Below, one piece after another: positions 13,775-27,917 of a stretch of DNA of 64,000 nucleotides. A program made the translations under genes and the position numbers. Below the pieces are notes generated by a model. That model searched no databases and was not told where the DNA came from. It saw only the letters and a program-made list of their open reading frames with translations. The stretch is taken from NCBI GenBank assembly GCA_964016885.1, contig OZ024742.1:270444001-270508000 (forward strand), in the 5' to 3' direction. The DNA comes from Eledone cirrhosa (Eukaryota). Position 1 is the first letter of the stretch. Every line of letters starts with the position of its first letter.

Positions 13775-15790
13775 TGGAGATTTGCGCAGAACAACAACTC
13801 GCCATCATGAACACCATCTTCCAGTAGAAGGAGAGTTTGAAAATAACTTGGATGCATTGTAGTTCACCGATGTGACCTGAAAGACATCTTGCATACTACA
13901 GTGATGCCCAATGCGGAATGTCACACCGTCCATCGTCTCGTACGCTGCAAACTCAATCTAGACTAACCCCAACTCAAACAAAGGAGGGGGCCCCAGGAAA
14001 ATTCTCAAGTTTAGTAGTTTTTCAATCAGATGAAGTGAAAGGAGAGTTTCATGTAGCACTTCAGTTTAGGCTTGAAGATGCTAGCATTCCCAAGCAAAAC
14101 ACTTTTAAAACATCTGAAAATTGTTATTCTGCACATTTCTGTGGAATACCTTGGGTTCAGCTCAAAGAAGAACAAAGACTGGTTTGATTAAAACAACAAA
14201 CACATTTAAGAATTGCTAATGAACAAGGGACCCACCAGCCAAGCCCAATTAGCTAAGCCTTGTCCTCTGAAAAAAAGCCATATTCCACCTCGTACGCAAT
14301 GACTCCACGAGCTCTTCGTATGTTGCTGGGAGCAGGGCAATCTGCCACAAGATCCCCCCGATCATTACCATATACAAGAACTAGGAGGAAAATCAAACTC
14401 CTCAAATAACCGGTAAATTACTCTGCTCATTGTCACGGAAAGCCCTCGAAAGGTTGTTGTTAAAAAGAGAGTTACCTACCACCGCTGGAAACCTCTGATT
14501 TCAGAGTCAACAGGAGCACCGCAGACACAGTGTTTGTTCCATGGTAGCTCCAAGGGAAGTGCCGAGGGAAAATTAAAGGTTTGTGCGTGACGTCCATTTA
14601 CTTGACTAAAGCTTTGATACGGTGAACAGAAAAAAATATGGCAGGTCATGGAACGAATCGGCTCTCTCCCAAAGATCGTGAATATTGTAATGCAGCTACA
14701 CGACCACCAGTGCGGCAAAAGCACTCTCAACAGTTACCTCTGAGAGCCCTTTCAGGTCATCAACGGAATAAATCATGGCTGTGTCCTTGCACCGATTCTC
14801 TTCACCTTCAGCACAATGTTCAAGCAGGATGTTCACAGAAGATCTTGATGACGATGACAGGAATCTACATAAGATTTTCTCTTGATAGCAGCCCGTTAAC
14901 TCGTCGTCTACAGGCCCACACTGAGACCCTGGAGCAACAGATATAAGACTTCCTCTTTGCTGTCGATACTGCTCGCGCTGGCGATACAGCCCAGTTCTTT
15001 GGGTTGGAAATAAGCTTAAAGAAGGTGGAGGTACTCCATCAGCCTACACCCAAGGAAGAGTACCGGTCTCGCTTTATCAACATTGCCAAGACTTAACTGA
15101 AAACAGTCCATCTGTTTATCTTCCTCTGGTAAGATAAATCGGTAACAGACTGAGAAAAGCGAGCGGTTCATTTGTCAGTCTGTACAAACAGCGTGGAAAA
15201 ATAGACACATGTAAAGGTTACCAAGATCAGAACGTATAGAGCCATAGTCCTTATCACCCTCCTAGAGGCATAGGACACCTATCTCCACCAACTGCGCACC
15301 ATCTTCAACATCCATTTGCGAGACTTTTTCACCAATGTTAATGTCCTTGAGCGCGCGACGTCCACCAGAGTTGAGACCATGCTGCTGAAATCCCAACTTC
15401 GCTGCGCATGTCATGCATCTAGGATGGTGGATCATCACCAGCCAAGGATCACACTGTACGATGAATTCTCCACTAGCCATCGTGACACGTGGACACCAAA
15501 GAAGTGAAATTATGAAAATATCACATGGTGTCTGTCATATCAACCATCACCGTTTGTCCACCCTAGCTGAGAACCGTGACAAGTGGCGTCTAAACATCCG
15601 CCATGCAGTCCCATCCTTCAAAATAATCTGCTGAACCCCTCTCAAGGACAGAAGGTAAAGGAGGAAAAAATACACCAATTCATTAAAACCGGAGCAGACC
15701 TTCAACTGCGGATGTGCTTGCCTGTCCTACTTTCGCCTGAACAGACAGGAGCGTGCCTACAATCAACGTAGATACTTATGCCATGATGAT
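13775..15790 (+). mobile_element. Degraded RTE (BovB-like) LINE, endonuclease end through RT to 3' end
   Basis: Remnants KITWMH, NGINHGCVLAPILF and TNVNVLERATSTRVETMLLKSQLRCACHASRMVDHHQPRITLYDEF; short (ATG/ATA) tail. Confidence 0.8.
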
Positions 15791-17456
15791 AATAATGGTA
15801 ATGATGATGATATATATATATATATTGATACATACATACATACATACATACATACATACATACATACATACATACATACATACATACATACATGTATACA
15901 TACATACATAAATACATACATAGATGGATAGAGATGTATACATATATATACTGACTAAATCTTTCTGAGTCGGAATAAAGCCGGTAACAATTATAGCTCT
16001 CACATTCGGATTTTAAATGTCTAAAGATCAAGTTTGCGTTTTGTTTTTCTAGTCCGATAAATTAAATGTCGAAACTTTAGAAATTATGTTTTTTATTTTT
16101 TAATAAGACTAATTCTGTCTGCAGATATACACTGGTTGTGCTAACAGTATTTAGTCGACATATTTTGTATTCCATATGACCATGGTTTAACACTATGTTT
16201 CTGTATATATGTTTGTATTTTCCTGTATTCAATAAGTGCCACAAGAACAAATACCGTAACGCCTAGAAACATAACTGCCCACAATAGACCTATGCAATCA
16301 TGCACTTAATGATTTGATTTTTTTGGTTTTGTATATCGCTTGCTTGTGTGTGCGTGTGTGTTCTTTTTCAGATGTATGTTTATCGATTTCAATTAGAAAC
16401 TATTCATCTACAATTAGAAGAGTCTATCAATTTTTACTACAAACTAACGAAACGTTAATCAAGAATATTTCTGTCTATCCCGAAAGTTGTAACACATCCG
16501 AAAAAATGGTGGTAGGCTAGCTAAGTTAATAGATTGTTAATGTTATTTATTAGCAGGATCAGCGGGGCATCAGACAAAACGAGATTGGTTTGGATATTTC
16601 AGCAGAGCTACGGGAAATCATTGCGAAATTCAAATGAACGGCTAAGTATTAGGGTGGTGGATCACACGAAACAATGGTCAATTGAATAATATGGCGCTTT
16701 ATTAGGAAAAGCTGGGAACTGCCAGAATCGATAGAATGACGAAGAAATTAGTGGGAAATTGGTAGAAGTCATAGACATTTGGGCATGTTATCCCGAATAT
16801 TCAATTATGCCTCTTCAAAATTTTGGTTTCTAATCTTGATATTCTTACCGAGTTTCGAATCCTGACATTCGTACCGTACTGATAAAAACAACGTGTTGCT
16901 GAAATGCTAGTGTTCATTAATAGGTTATTTTTTCCAATAATATCGCCGGCATTGCGGGTGGTAGAAGTCAATAATTGTCCAGTTCTGGTGTTATCTATAA
17001 CCAAGGGCATACAACACAGACAGAAGTGTAGGCATATATGACATCATGAGACCATGCTAACGCACAGGCGGTATAATCCACGTTATTGATCTAAAAGCTG
17101 ACAATTCGCAGAGATCCTCAGTTATTTACTATTAGGCTATAACGATGTCTATTTTTGTTTATCTTTATTTATGGAGCCGAGCCTCTAAATTGGTTGAAAA
17201 ATCGATTAATTCTATGTTTGAATTCATATAATTATGGTTTGTGTATTTGTCGTTTTTACTAACAACAGAGAGATTTCAGCGTTTATTCAATGTGTGCTTG
17301 AAGATATATAAGACAATAGGATTGTATGCGCATTGACATACATACAGTCCAATAATGAATATATAGCTTCAATTTAATTACATAATGACTATATTCTCTC
17401 TTTCTTTACTGTATAATTATGTATGCATATATATATTTATGTCCTGCTGTCTAGAT

Positions 17457-17547
<91 letters not shown>

Positions 17548-17586
17548 CGTCTGTGTGTGTATGTGTGTTCATATATGTATGTAAGC

Positions 17587-17624
<38 letters not shown>

Positions 17625-18194
17625 GTATCCATTCCAAGCATGCATGTACTTATATGACAGGAGGCAATTTATGCTCATACACATATACGCCTTGTGTAGA
17701 AGAGATTAGTGAAATCAGTATTTATCAGTGAAATTATAATGCCGGTGATTAACTATTTAAATGTCAATAAAAGGGATTAAAAAACACCTGCCTTATGTTA
17801 CAAATACCTATTTGTTAATAGTTAAATATTTCTTCGGGTCTTTTTTATAAATCTAGAGGAGAGAAAAATATATATTAAAATACAGTAAAAATGTGTAGGA
17901 CGAATATAAAAGGACTCAACGACAATCACCTTTTATTTCATATTTATCTTTATTCGACTTTCGTACCTGCTTAGAGAAAGTGACATCTGCTCTCCTCTAT
18001 TTTAAACAGAAATCCCCTCGGGCTTTCCCTAGCTTTTTAAACATATCTCCTGTAATGAGATCATTTCAAACCTCCAAATATATCATATTAGATGATGCTT
18101 CCTAATGCAAACGCTTTATTATTTTCATTATCGTCATCGTCATCATCATCGATATTATTATGATTATTATTATCATTATTATTTTTATTATTGT

Positions 18195-19098
18195 TCTTTG
18201 AGTCACAGTCATTGATGTTATTTAACTGGAAAGATTGTTGAATATCAAGCCGCTACCTGCAGCATCAGATATTCAGGACGTATCGGAGGGATCTTGCTGT
18301 TCCCATCAAGCATGCCTTTTGAAGTGTTCCAAAAAGCGGGGCTGGATTAATCATCTTTAACCATCCTTGGAAACTCTGACATAGTACCTAGTGCGCCTAT
18401 GACAATCGGGACGACCTTGATTTCATGGCAGTTCCAAATCCTTTTTAACTCCCACATTAAGTCCTAGTATCGGTTAATTTTCTCACTCTCCTTTTCTTGC
18501 ACTCTCGTGTCGAATGGGCAGGCTACATCCACAATCAGGCACGATCATTTCCCCCTTGTCCAAAACCACCAGGTCAGGTATATTGTGTTCCACTTTCTTG
18601 TCCGTCTGTATCCTAAAATCCCATAGCACCTTCACCTGATCGTTTTCCATCGCCGACTCTGGCCTATGCTCATACCACTTCTCAGAATGAGGTAAATTGT
18701 TTACTTAGCATAGGTGCCAGTGGATCACCTTGCCCACCACATCATGTCTCCAGCCTTTATAGTGAGTCTGGGCTAGGTGTTTACACTCGGATACAATGTG
18801 AGCCACAGTCTCCTCTCTCTCTCTCTCCACAGATCCTACACAGTGGGCTAGCCTCCTCCTTGTAAATATGGTTTTTCAGCCACATCGTTTTGAGGGCCTG
18901 CTCTTGAGCAGCCATTGGCGTTCCTTCTGTTGCCTTTTTAAGGTCTCCTCTTTTCAACCAGTTCCATGTCTGTGGATCTCTAAATTCAGTTTTCTAAAAG
19001 GTATTTTTCATGAAGGTTGCTATTTCTCCTTATTGTTATTTCCTCCTTGGACATCCCCTGGTCTATTGTCCTCTCCTTGAGTACAATTCTGAGCATTG
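18195..19098 (-). mobile_element. R4/Dong-like element fragment
   Basis: Minus strand PLCRICG..ETVAHIVSECKHLAQTHYKGWRHDVVGKVIHWHLC...KVLWDFRIQTDKKVEHNIPDLVV...DVACPFD; both ends lie in ATT-rich repeats. Confidence 0.85.
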
Positions 19099-19294
19099 GT
19101 ATTATTATTATTAATAGTATTATTATTTTTATTATTATTATTATTTTTATTATCATTATTATTATTATTATTAGTATTATTGTTCTTGTTGTTGATGTTG
19201 TTGTTATTATTTCATTTATCTTGCTTTATGTTCATACGAGTTAACCCAGTCACAACCAGTGACCTCAATAGACAACAAGGTCCGCCATGTTCAA

Positions 19295-19750
19295 GAAAGA
19301 ACACATACACACATACATGTATCTTTAGGTGTTTAGACCTGTGATGTAGTTATATTGACAGAATCTTCCTTAGTATATGGGCAGTTCCCATTAGTACTAT
19401 ATTTTGTATTTCTTCTATACCCGGGTTTCCTGGGATTTGGGATAAGTAATTATTAGACCCTTAGGTATCATTTCTAGAGAGTCTGCAACCACTTAGTTCT
19501 CAAATTCCACATTTTTCCACATCTCTATCTGCAAGTTTTTATACTTGTTCAAATGTTCAAATCTTTTCATAGATACATTCTTGTCTATTGGAAAGGACAT
19601 ATCAATTAGCAGGCATACCCTCTTTTTAAAGTCCTTAAGTATTATATCAGGTATATTTGCATCTATTTTTCGGTTCTTGGGATGCTAAAGTTCAATAAGA
19701 TGGAGATGTGATATTTTTCAAGTAAGGGATGCGTTAAGTTTCCTGTATAC
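19295..19750 (-). mobile_element. Second R4/Dong-like family, 3' end
   Basis: Homologous to 57365-58000; remnants PDIILKDF..CLLIDMSFPIDKN and EEIQNIVLMGTAHILRKILS. Confidence 0.7.
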
Positions 19751-20051
19751 GAGGGATAAATTGCCGGCTTTGCCCCATTCAAATAAAGAAAAAGAAAATT
19801 TCGTTCTACATGGCTGAATACAATAAATGTAATCTGAGTTTACGATTATTAATAATAACATTCGATTCGATGTTGGCTTCGCTCGTATACAGCAAACTGA
19901 TTGGCAATTCTGCTGATATGCAAATCTGGCTGATCAATTGATTTGGTAATATGCAGATCTGACTAATCAGCCAGTCTGCTAATATGCAGATCAGGCCGAT
20001 CAATCACAGTATCTTTTAGAAAATATCATATGTTTTCACTAGCTCTGACAG

Positions 20052-20131
20052 TTGGCAGGTGAACAGTGAGCTGAACTGATGAAGAAATATACCCAGAAAT
20101 ATTAGTGTCTGCAGTACTGTTTAAATGCCAA
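20052..20131 (+). ncRNA. Degenerate type I hammerhead ribozyme in a dispersed repeat
   Basis: TTGGCA..AACAGTG..CTGAA-CTGATGA(20076)-...-GAAA(20096)-TATTAGTG-TC-TGCAG TACTGTT..TGCCAA. Extended stem I is visible; stem II is eroded. Confidence 0.55.
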
Positions 20132-20222
20132 CACAAGAGCACGAATGAAGGGTTCATTCTACTGATTGGCTTTAAAATTGAAGGTTGTTTGCATTTATTC
20201 TAATCAGCTCTGTAGAGCGAAC

Positions 20223-20273
<51 letters not shown>

Positions 20274-20329
20274 TAGATAGATAGAAAAGATAGATAGATA
20301 CATATCAGGAAGCTAAAGTGAAAATGTAA

Positions 20330-22070
20330 CGGGGGTATTTTTAAGAATATTTATTTATTTCCTTTACTGGTTTCAAGCTTCTTTTGCTGCTCCAATGTAA
20401 AATTGAGGTGGATGATTTGTCTGTTGTTCCGCATCTGGTTCGTGTTCAAAGGTTCTTGTATTTGCTTTCAAAAACGTGTCTCAGATTGTTGGGTTTTTTA
20501 AATGTGCAATTTGGTTGGTTGATCAGTGTCACGTGATTAAATACATTATATTTCGCGCCAATTCGTATTTGAAGGTTCTTTATTGTATTTGCCATTTTAA
20601 TTGTTTGTCACAGTCACATAACCGGCCATATATAGTATAGCTGTGAGAATGGGATCGTTTGTCATTGAAAGTGTTGTGCCAAACATAAGATAATGGTCAA
20701 GAAATTTGAGTGTGGGGAATACTTCTGGTTTAGTGAGTATGGCTGATGTAGTGCTGAGGTATCAAGGTTCAAACTCTCTATTGAAATGAATTTAATGTTT
20801 GTTTCCATAGCAGCGGCGATGGTGGTGGAAGTGTAGAAAAGAGAAATATATACATATTTTATTTTTGTTTCTGTCTGCCTTTTTGTGTGTGTAGCAAAAT
20901 GTTTTTTTATCGTATTGATAATAGAAATAAAATTGATTCCATTAGTAGATATGGAGAAGGTGTTTGTGTGTGTGTGTGTGTGCTTGTGGGTTGGCTGGAT
21001 GGATGGTTAGCATGTTATCGTGTTAACATATCAACGTATATTAAACTAGATTTAATGCTGGTATATATTTTTGAATAATCATATTTTCCTTATTTATTCG
21101 TATTTGGTCCGTTGTATTGTCAGTTGAAAGATAAAGTGGGACTTGGAATGTGGGTGTCTTATTGTTTGCGAATATGCATAGATGTACACTGAGTTGTATC
21201 TGTCATGTGCTATGGTCTCGTAATTGTCATTCTGTTTCTGAGGGTGAATTTAGTTTGCCCTATATATCTTCATTACATACTTTACATTTTATGGCATAAA
21301 TTTAATGTTTTGATAAGCAAGTGGAATTATATTTTACAACAAAATTGTGTCCTTATTTACATGTATACTTCGTGCCTTCAATGCGATGAGTGAAAGTTCC
21401 CCAATTAGAGCGAGCACATTTTTTTGTATGGTTGGATTTGGGGTTTGTGGTGTGTAATTTGGCATTGGTGAGTAATGATTTTGTGATTTAGGTTAATTTT
21501 TGCTTTGATTATTTTGTGTGTTTCAAGGTATTTTTCCATTATTGGGTGTTGTTACAATAGTGGGATCTTCTTGTGAATAATGTTGTATGCTTCCGTATTT
21601 CGTGGGTTGTGTGTTGAGATATATAATCAAATATTAGACGCAACTTGTGTTTGTTTCGAATTTCGTAATACTTCAATGTCTATTGCTTTAGCCCTTTTTA
21701 TTCCATTATCGATTAATAACGGTGGGTACTGTCTTGCAAGCATAATTTTCTTCAATTCTTGGAGGCTTTTATTTTGCCTTTCATAATTGGAGGCAATTGT
21801 GCAAATTCTTCTTGCTACATTGAAAGGGATGCTGGTCTTCATGTGATTTGGATAGCTGGGGGTGAATAGCAGGAATTGTTTAGAATATGTTGGTTTGTGG
21901 ATGTCAGGTTCTATATTTGTGTCTTTTTTATGATTAAGATGTCCAGAAATGGGAGTTGGTATTGACTGTATTGTGTATGGAATATGGTTATTGATGCTGT
22001 TGATTAAATTTTTGAATTCATTTAGTTGGTCGACTGTGTGACACCATAGAATAAGGTAGTCATCAAATGC
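20330..22070 (-). mobile_element. Degraded Penelope-like element (RT C-terminus, GIY-YIG, 3' region)
   Basis: Minus strand FDDYLILW, LPFLDILI, KTSIPFNVARRICTI..ELKKIMLARQYP (ORF 21627-21842) and YIGQT near 21255. Confidence 0.8.
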
Positions 22071-22074
22071 CCTA

Positions 22075-22509
22075 CCAAAATACAGATAACACTCAGTGCA
22101 TATCTAGACATGAGTGCAAACAATAAGACACCTAAATTCCAAGTCTTCCAACTTCATCTTTGCACTGACAATACGCCAGACCAAATACGAATAAATAAGG
22201 AACATATGTTTATTCCAATATATAGACAAGCAATAAAAATAGTTTAATGTTTGTTAATATATTAGCACCATAACATGCAAACCATACACACAAACATATA
22301 TATCCACACCTATATATATATACACACACACATAACACGTTTCTCTATATTCGAAAATAAATGACCAGAGCTAAATATACATTAACATACGTTAATATTT
22401 TAACACCTTCACATGCTAACCATACCGCCCACACACATAACGCCCTTCTCCATTTCTACTAATGGAATCAATTTATATTTATATTATCAAGTCGAAAAAG
22501 CGCTAAGCT

Positions 22510-22579
<70 letters not shown>

Positions 22580-23300
22580 ACACACACACACACACACACA
22601 CAGAGACAGAAACACAGACACGCACACAAACACACACATACACATACACACACACGCTCGCTCACAAATAATATATATTTCTCTTTTCTATCCTGCCACC
22701 ACTATTGCCAGCGCCACTATATCGACACTAACATTAAATTTATTTCAATAGAATGTCTGAAATTTGACAACTCAGCACTACATCAGCCATGCTCACTGAA
22801 CCAAAGCTATTTGCCCCCATCCCATTATTTGACCATTATCTTTTGTTTGGCACAAAACTTTCTATGACAAACCATCCTTTTCTGGCACCTATATTATATG
22901 GCCAATCATGTAAATGTGACTAACAATGAAAATGGCAAATACAATAAACACCTTCAAACACGAACTTGCGCAAAATGTGATGTCTTTATTAACATGACAG
23001 TCACCAACCAATCAAATTACTCTTTTAAAAAAACAATAATTTGAGTCACAATATTACAGGAAATATAATAAGAACATTTTGAACACGAATTGGCGCAAAA
23101 TGTATTGTACTTATTCACGTGACAGTCATTAACCAACGAAATTACTTTAAGAAAAGAACCCTGCAATTCGGGCCACGCTTTCCGTATACAACTGAAAGAA
23201 TTTCGAACACCAATCTGTTGCGATAGAAACAACAAAACCTCCATTAGAAGTTTACATTTGATACCGCTAAAGGAAATAGATAAATATTCTTTAAAGGACT
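22075..23300 (+). mobile_element. Inverted, diverged copy of the Penelope 3' region
   Basis: Reverse-complement similarity to about 20340-21200, e.g. ACCAAATACGAATAAATAAGGAA, CTCAGCACTACATCAGCCAT and AAAATGGCAAATACAATAA. Confidence 0.7.
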
Positions 23301-23400
23301 GCAGTTGCATTTGCGATTTTTTTTCCATATACTTTTACTCGTTTAGGACTTTACCCTATGTTCTACGATAATCATCGGTTCTACGTAACCCGCATTTGTA

Positions 23401-23496
23401 ATTCTGTGGAAGGTACCTGATGAGACCGTACTGTCTTGCAACATAAACGAATGATAGATGTAGGCCATTGAAATATACATAGTGACTTCACGGAAT
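23401..23496 (+). ncRNA. Hammerhead ribozyme-like motif with long stem II insert
   Basis: ATTCTGTG GAAG GTAC-CTGATGA(23417)...GAAA(23470)-TATACA-TA-GTGA CTTC ACGGAAT; the distal stem I arms are complementary. Confidence 0.55.
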
Positions 23497-23567
23497 TAAA
23501 CGTTACAGCATATCTTGCAGTCCGGCCTCCATTTGTAGCCGTACGGACCACTTATATATATATATAC

Positions 23568-23802
<235 letters not shown>

Positions 23803-23947
23803 TTATATATATATGTAGAGGGTATATTTAATTTGTTGGGATACAACAAGCGAAAGTATTTTTATAACTGATATGAAGCACTCAACAAATTATTGGAGTA
23901 ATATACAATATATTAACAAATGGTAACTGTATTTATAAAACCATATT

Positions 23948-24028
<81 letters not shown>

Positions 24029-24207
24029 ACATAGAAAACAATCACATTTTTGTTTAATGCATTTAATTGCAGACGATCGTGTCTTTCTGACAAATGTCTG
24101 GATCAATCGCAGCATATACAATGTTAAAAGTACAAAATAAAATCCTTACTTATTTATATAAATATAAATATCATTATTATTATTACACTCACATATATAT
24201 ATATGTC

Positions 24208-24460
24208 AGCTCAAAAGTGACACAGAGGAGACTGAGGTTGGCTGGACATGCTCACCGACATCCAGAGTTGACATTGCACTCAGTGCTCCTTTGGGAGCCC
24301 CTACATGGACACACTAGAAGAGGAAGACCAAAGTTAACATATGTTGATGCCCTAAGGACAGACACTGGTCTGTTGGAGTTGCAGGATATGGCAGCGATAA
24401 TGAGGGACAGAGACCGCTGGAGAGAACTCGTCCATGGATCTCGGGAATTTTACCCGCCTT
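24208..24460 (+). mobile_element. RTE/RTE-X LINE 3' end
   Basis: QRRLRLAGHAHRHPELTLHSVLLWEPLHGHTRRGRPKLTYVD...MRDRDRWRELV followed by a (TAGA)n tail. Confidence 0.8.
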
Positions 24461-25146
24461 AGATAGATAGATAAATAGATATATATAAATATATATATGT
24501 ATATATATATATACATATATGTGTGTGTCTGTGTGTGTGTGTGTACATAAGTATATTATGCGAACCTGATTCATAGGGAGATGAAGAATCCATTGATGTG
24601 ATTTTCCCGACTTTGGTCGAGAAATGAACATTCAGTATTATGGTAATCCCCAGGAGAATCTTTACATTTAAATAACTGTTGTATTGACTCAATAGCTTGC
24701 ATAAACATTTACTTGCACCTTCAAAATAAAAATCTAGGGATAGTCATGTTATTAATATAAAATGGTTGTTAAGCGTAGGTAAAGCTCTAGGCAGATAGAT
24801 GACATAGGAGTGATACAATAAAACGAAAATACATTCTTGTCTGAGGAATACATTGCCTGATTATGAGATAACATATGTGATCTCTGAAAAGAGATTACTT
24901 TTCAGTCGTGCTTTTATATTGGAAATGCCCTGCAAACGTTATGATCAATGTCTGCTGAATATATAACTATCATTTATTTGTTCATATTTCTATCACATCC
25001 TGTGCTGGTGATTACATTGTCCACACTTCCCACACATCCTCCTTATTATAATTAGAATAATCTTTCAAATAAATAGTTCCTCCATTCTTTTTACCGGGAA
25101 TGTTTTCATCAGAAAAAAAGTATTATTTACATCTTATACGTATGTA

Positions 25147-25180
<34 letters not shown>

Positions 25181-25189
25181 TATATAACG

Positions 25190-26460
25190 TAGGAGTTGTG
25201 TTAAGGAGCCAGATGGAACCACAACGTACCAGAATACTTAATACTTACAGTAGTAGAGTGGGCTCAAGCCGTTTCGACGGCTATTTCTGGACTAAATTAG
25301 AATGTTTAGCGTGGTAAATATATAGCCGAACTTTTCAGGGGGTAATTCCTTATATGGGCAGGCTATATTTGTCAAGAGGATTGGTAAACATTTCTCGTAA
25401 ACGCAATTAATTCTATTATGGCAGTGGTTGGCTGAACTTGCCTGTAGAACAATGAGGGAGTGGGTGAAGCCACTAAGGATTGTATATGAAACCAGGCTAG
25501 AGGAAGTAGGCGAAAAGGGATTCTGGAGAAAATAGGTAAGGGACGTTATAGAATAGGTAAATCAATTGAGATTAGAAGATAATAAATAAATAAGAAAAAA
25601 TATATAAAAATATAAAAGTGGATAATAATAAGTGATAAAAAAAACTTTAGAGTTTAAAACAGTTGGTATATTTAGTTGGTGTTGCGTTTTCGGCCAATGC
25701 TATAGAATGGTTAATCCGCTGAGAATAGAAGATATTAAATAAATAAAAAAATGTTTGAAATTATAGAATTGTGTAGTAATAAGTAATAGAGAATCTCTGA
25801 GGTCTAAAACAGCTGCTATAATTAGTTGGTATTCCGTTTTCGGTCAATGCTATCTTTAATTTACTGGGGTGGGGGTACTGAGGTTATAAAGGCTTGATGG
25901 GCAGCCTCGCGATATGCGAAATGGGAAAAAGGAAAAGGAAGAGGATAGGGAGTGGATGGAAGTGATAGGAAGAGACAAAGGGAAGAAGAAAATAGAAAGG
26001 AAAAGAAAAGAGCTAATTCTACCTATGTTAGATGGGGTTTCACCCATCTTGTTCGGTAAGTGGGGAAAAGGAGGATGCTGCAGCCATTTTCTACCCACCC
26101 GGGTCATTAGGAGGTTTGAGGGCGAGATATGTCCTTCGCAATCGGTGTTTGCATGCAGTTACCAGTTCGTCTTTTTTGTTTAGCAGTTGGTCCTTAGAAT
26201 TTGCTGTATAGATATCACTTTCAACGCTTGACCGTCTCCACCCACTCCCTCATAGTTCTACAGGCAAGTTCAGCCACCCACTGCCATAATCACTTAATTG
26301 TCTTTACAAGAAATGTTTACCAATCCTCTTGACAACTACAATCTTCCCATATAAGGAATTACCACATGAAAAGTTCGACTATTTATTTAATACGCTAAAA
26401 ATGCTAAGTTAGTCCATAAATTGCCGTCGAAACGGCTTGAGGTCTGCCGTCGAGCATCAT
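25190..26460 (-). mobile_element. 5'-truncated Penelope-like element with inverted terminal repeat
   Basis: Minus strand NKKDELVTACKHR at about 26110-26185 resembles the PLE C-terminal LNKRSELxxxCRH motif; 25260-25480 is an inverted copy of 26236-26440. Confidence 0.65.
26361..26455 (+). ncRNA. Degenerate hammerhead ribozyme in PLE terminal repeat
   Basis: ACCAC-ATGAAAA-long stem II-GAAA(26429)-CGGC...GCCG-TC. The minus copy at 25261-25345 reads ACCCC-CTGAAAA; other copies give GGGGT after TC. Confidence 0.5.
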
Positions 26461-26466
26461 ATTTTT

Positions 26467-26515
<49 letters not shown>

Positions 26516-26679
26516 TATGTGTGTTGGAAAATGTGTGAGATACTTGGTACAATTGGGTATATTTGAAAAAAGCAAAACAATGACTTCATTTGTAGTTCTA
26601 AACAATTTGATTTAATTTTATAGTATTATAATATTAGGAGTTGGTATATCTACGAAGTCATCTTTTCCTATTTTCCAAA

Positions 26680-26743
<64 letters not shown>

Positions 26744-26866
26744 AACCAGTAAGACCCCGACAGCTGAGCTCAAGCCGTTTCGACGGCTAATTCAGCGTGA
26801 ACAGACTGTTAACTTCTCTCCCTTCTTTCGCCGAACAGTAGTAAGTGACATAGTCATTACATTAAA

Positions 26867-26932
<66 letters not shown>

Positions 26933-27121
26933 ACTTCACTTGTAGTTCTAAACAATCTGTTTTAATTTTATAATATTATGATACTGTCCAGAATTAGCCG
27001 TCGAAACGGCTTGAGCTCAGCTGTCGGGGTCTTACTGGTTCCTATTACCCACTCTACTACCTCAAGTATTGAGTACTTTGGTGCGTTATGGTTCACCTGG
27101 TTCCTTACCACATTTCCTTCG

Positions 27122-27290
<169 letters not shown>

Positions 27291-27409
27291 TATATATATA
27301 TATAAATATAGTTTTGCGAGGTTTTTTATATGAAATCGTGTGTCGAAACAAGATAGACAGACTGAATAAAAATGGCGTAGACATATAATACAACAGGAGG
27401 AAACGATAA

Positions 27410-27453
27410 CACCACTGACGATGTTGCAAATGTGCAACGAAATACTTATGATA
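27410..27453 (+). ncRNA. Hammerhead ribozyme-like motif (extra nucleotide after core)
   Basis: CACCA-CTGACGA-T-GTTGCA aatg TGCAAC-GAAA-TACT-TA-TGATA. Confidence 0.55.
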
Positions 27454-27697
27454 AACTATATATATGTGTTTGTGTCTATATTGTATCTGTATTATTTTTG
27501 ACCGTCGGTCAGTCAATGGCAACATTGAGGACCGAGTAAATTAGATTACCGATATAAAAGACACAGAAGCGAGAAGCGAAAACCAACCAAAGAGTGAGTG
27601 TGTTCTGTTATTAATTCTGGCAATATTACACAAATATGACCCTCCCCAAGTATAACAATATATATATATTTATATAAAGTATATATATATATATAAA

Positions 27698-27766
<69 letters not shown>

Positions 27767-27875
27767 ATATATATATATTTGGAAAATAGGAAAATAATGA
27801 CTTGGTAGATATACCAACTCATAATATCATAATATTATAAAATTAAAACAAATTGTTTAGAACTACAAGTGAAGT

Positions 27876-27917
<42 letters not shown>

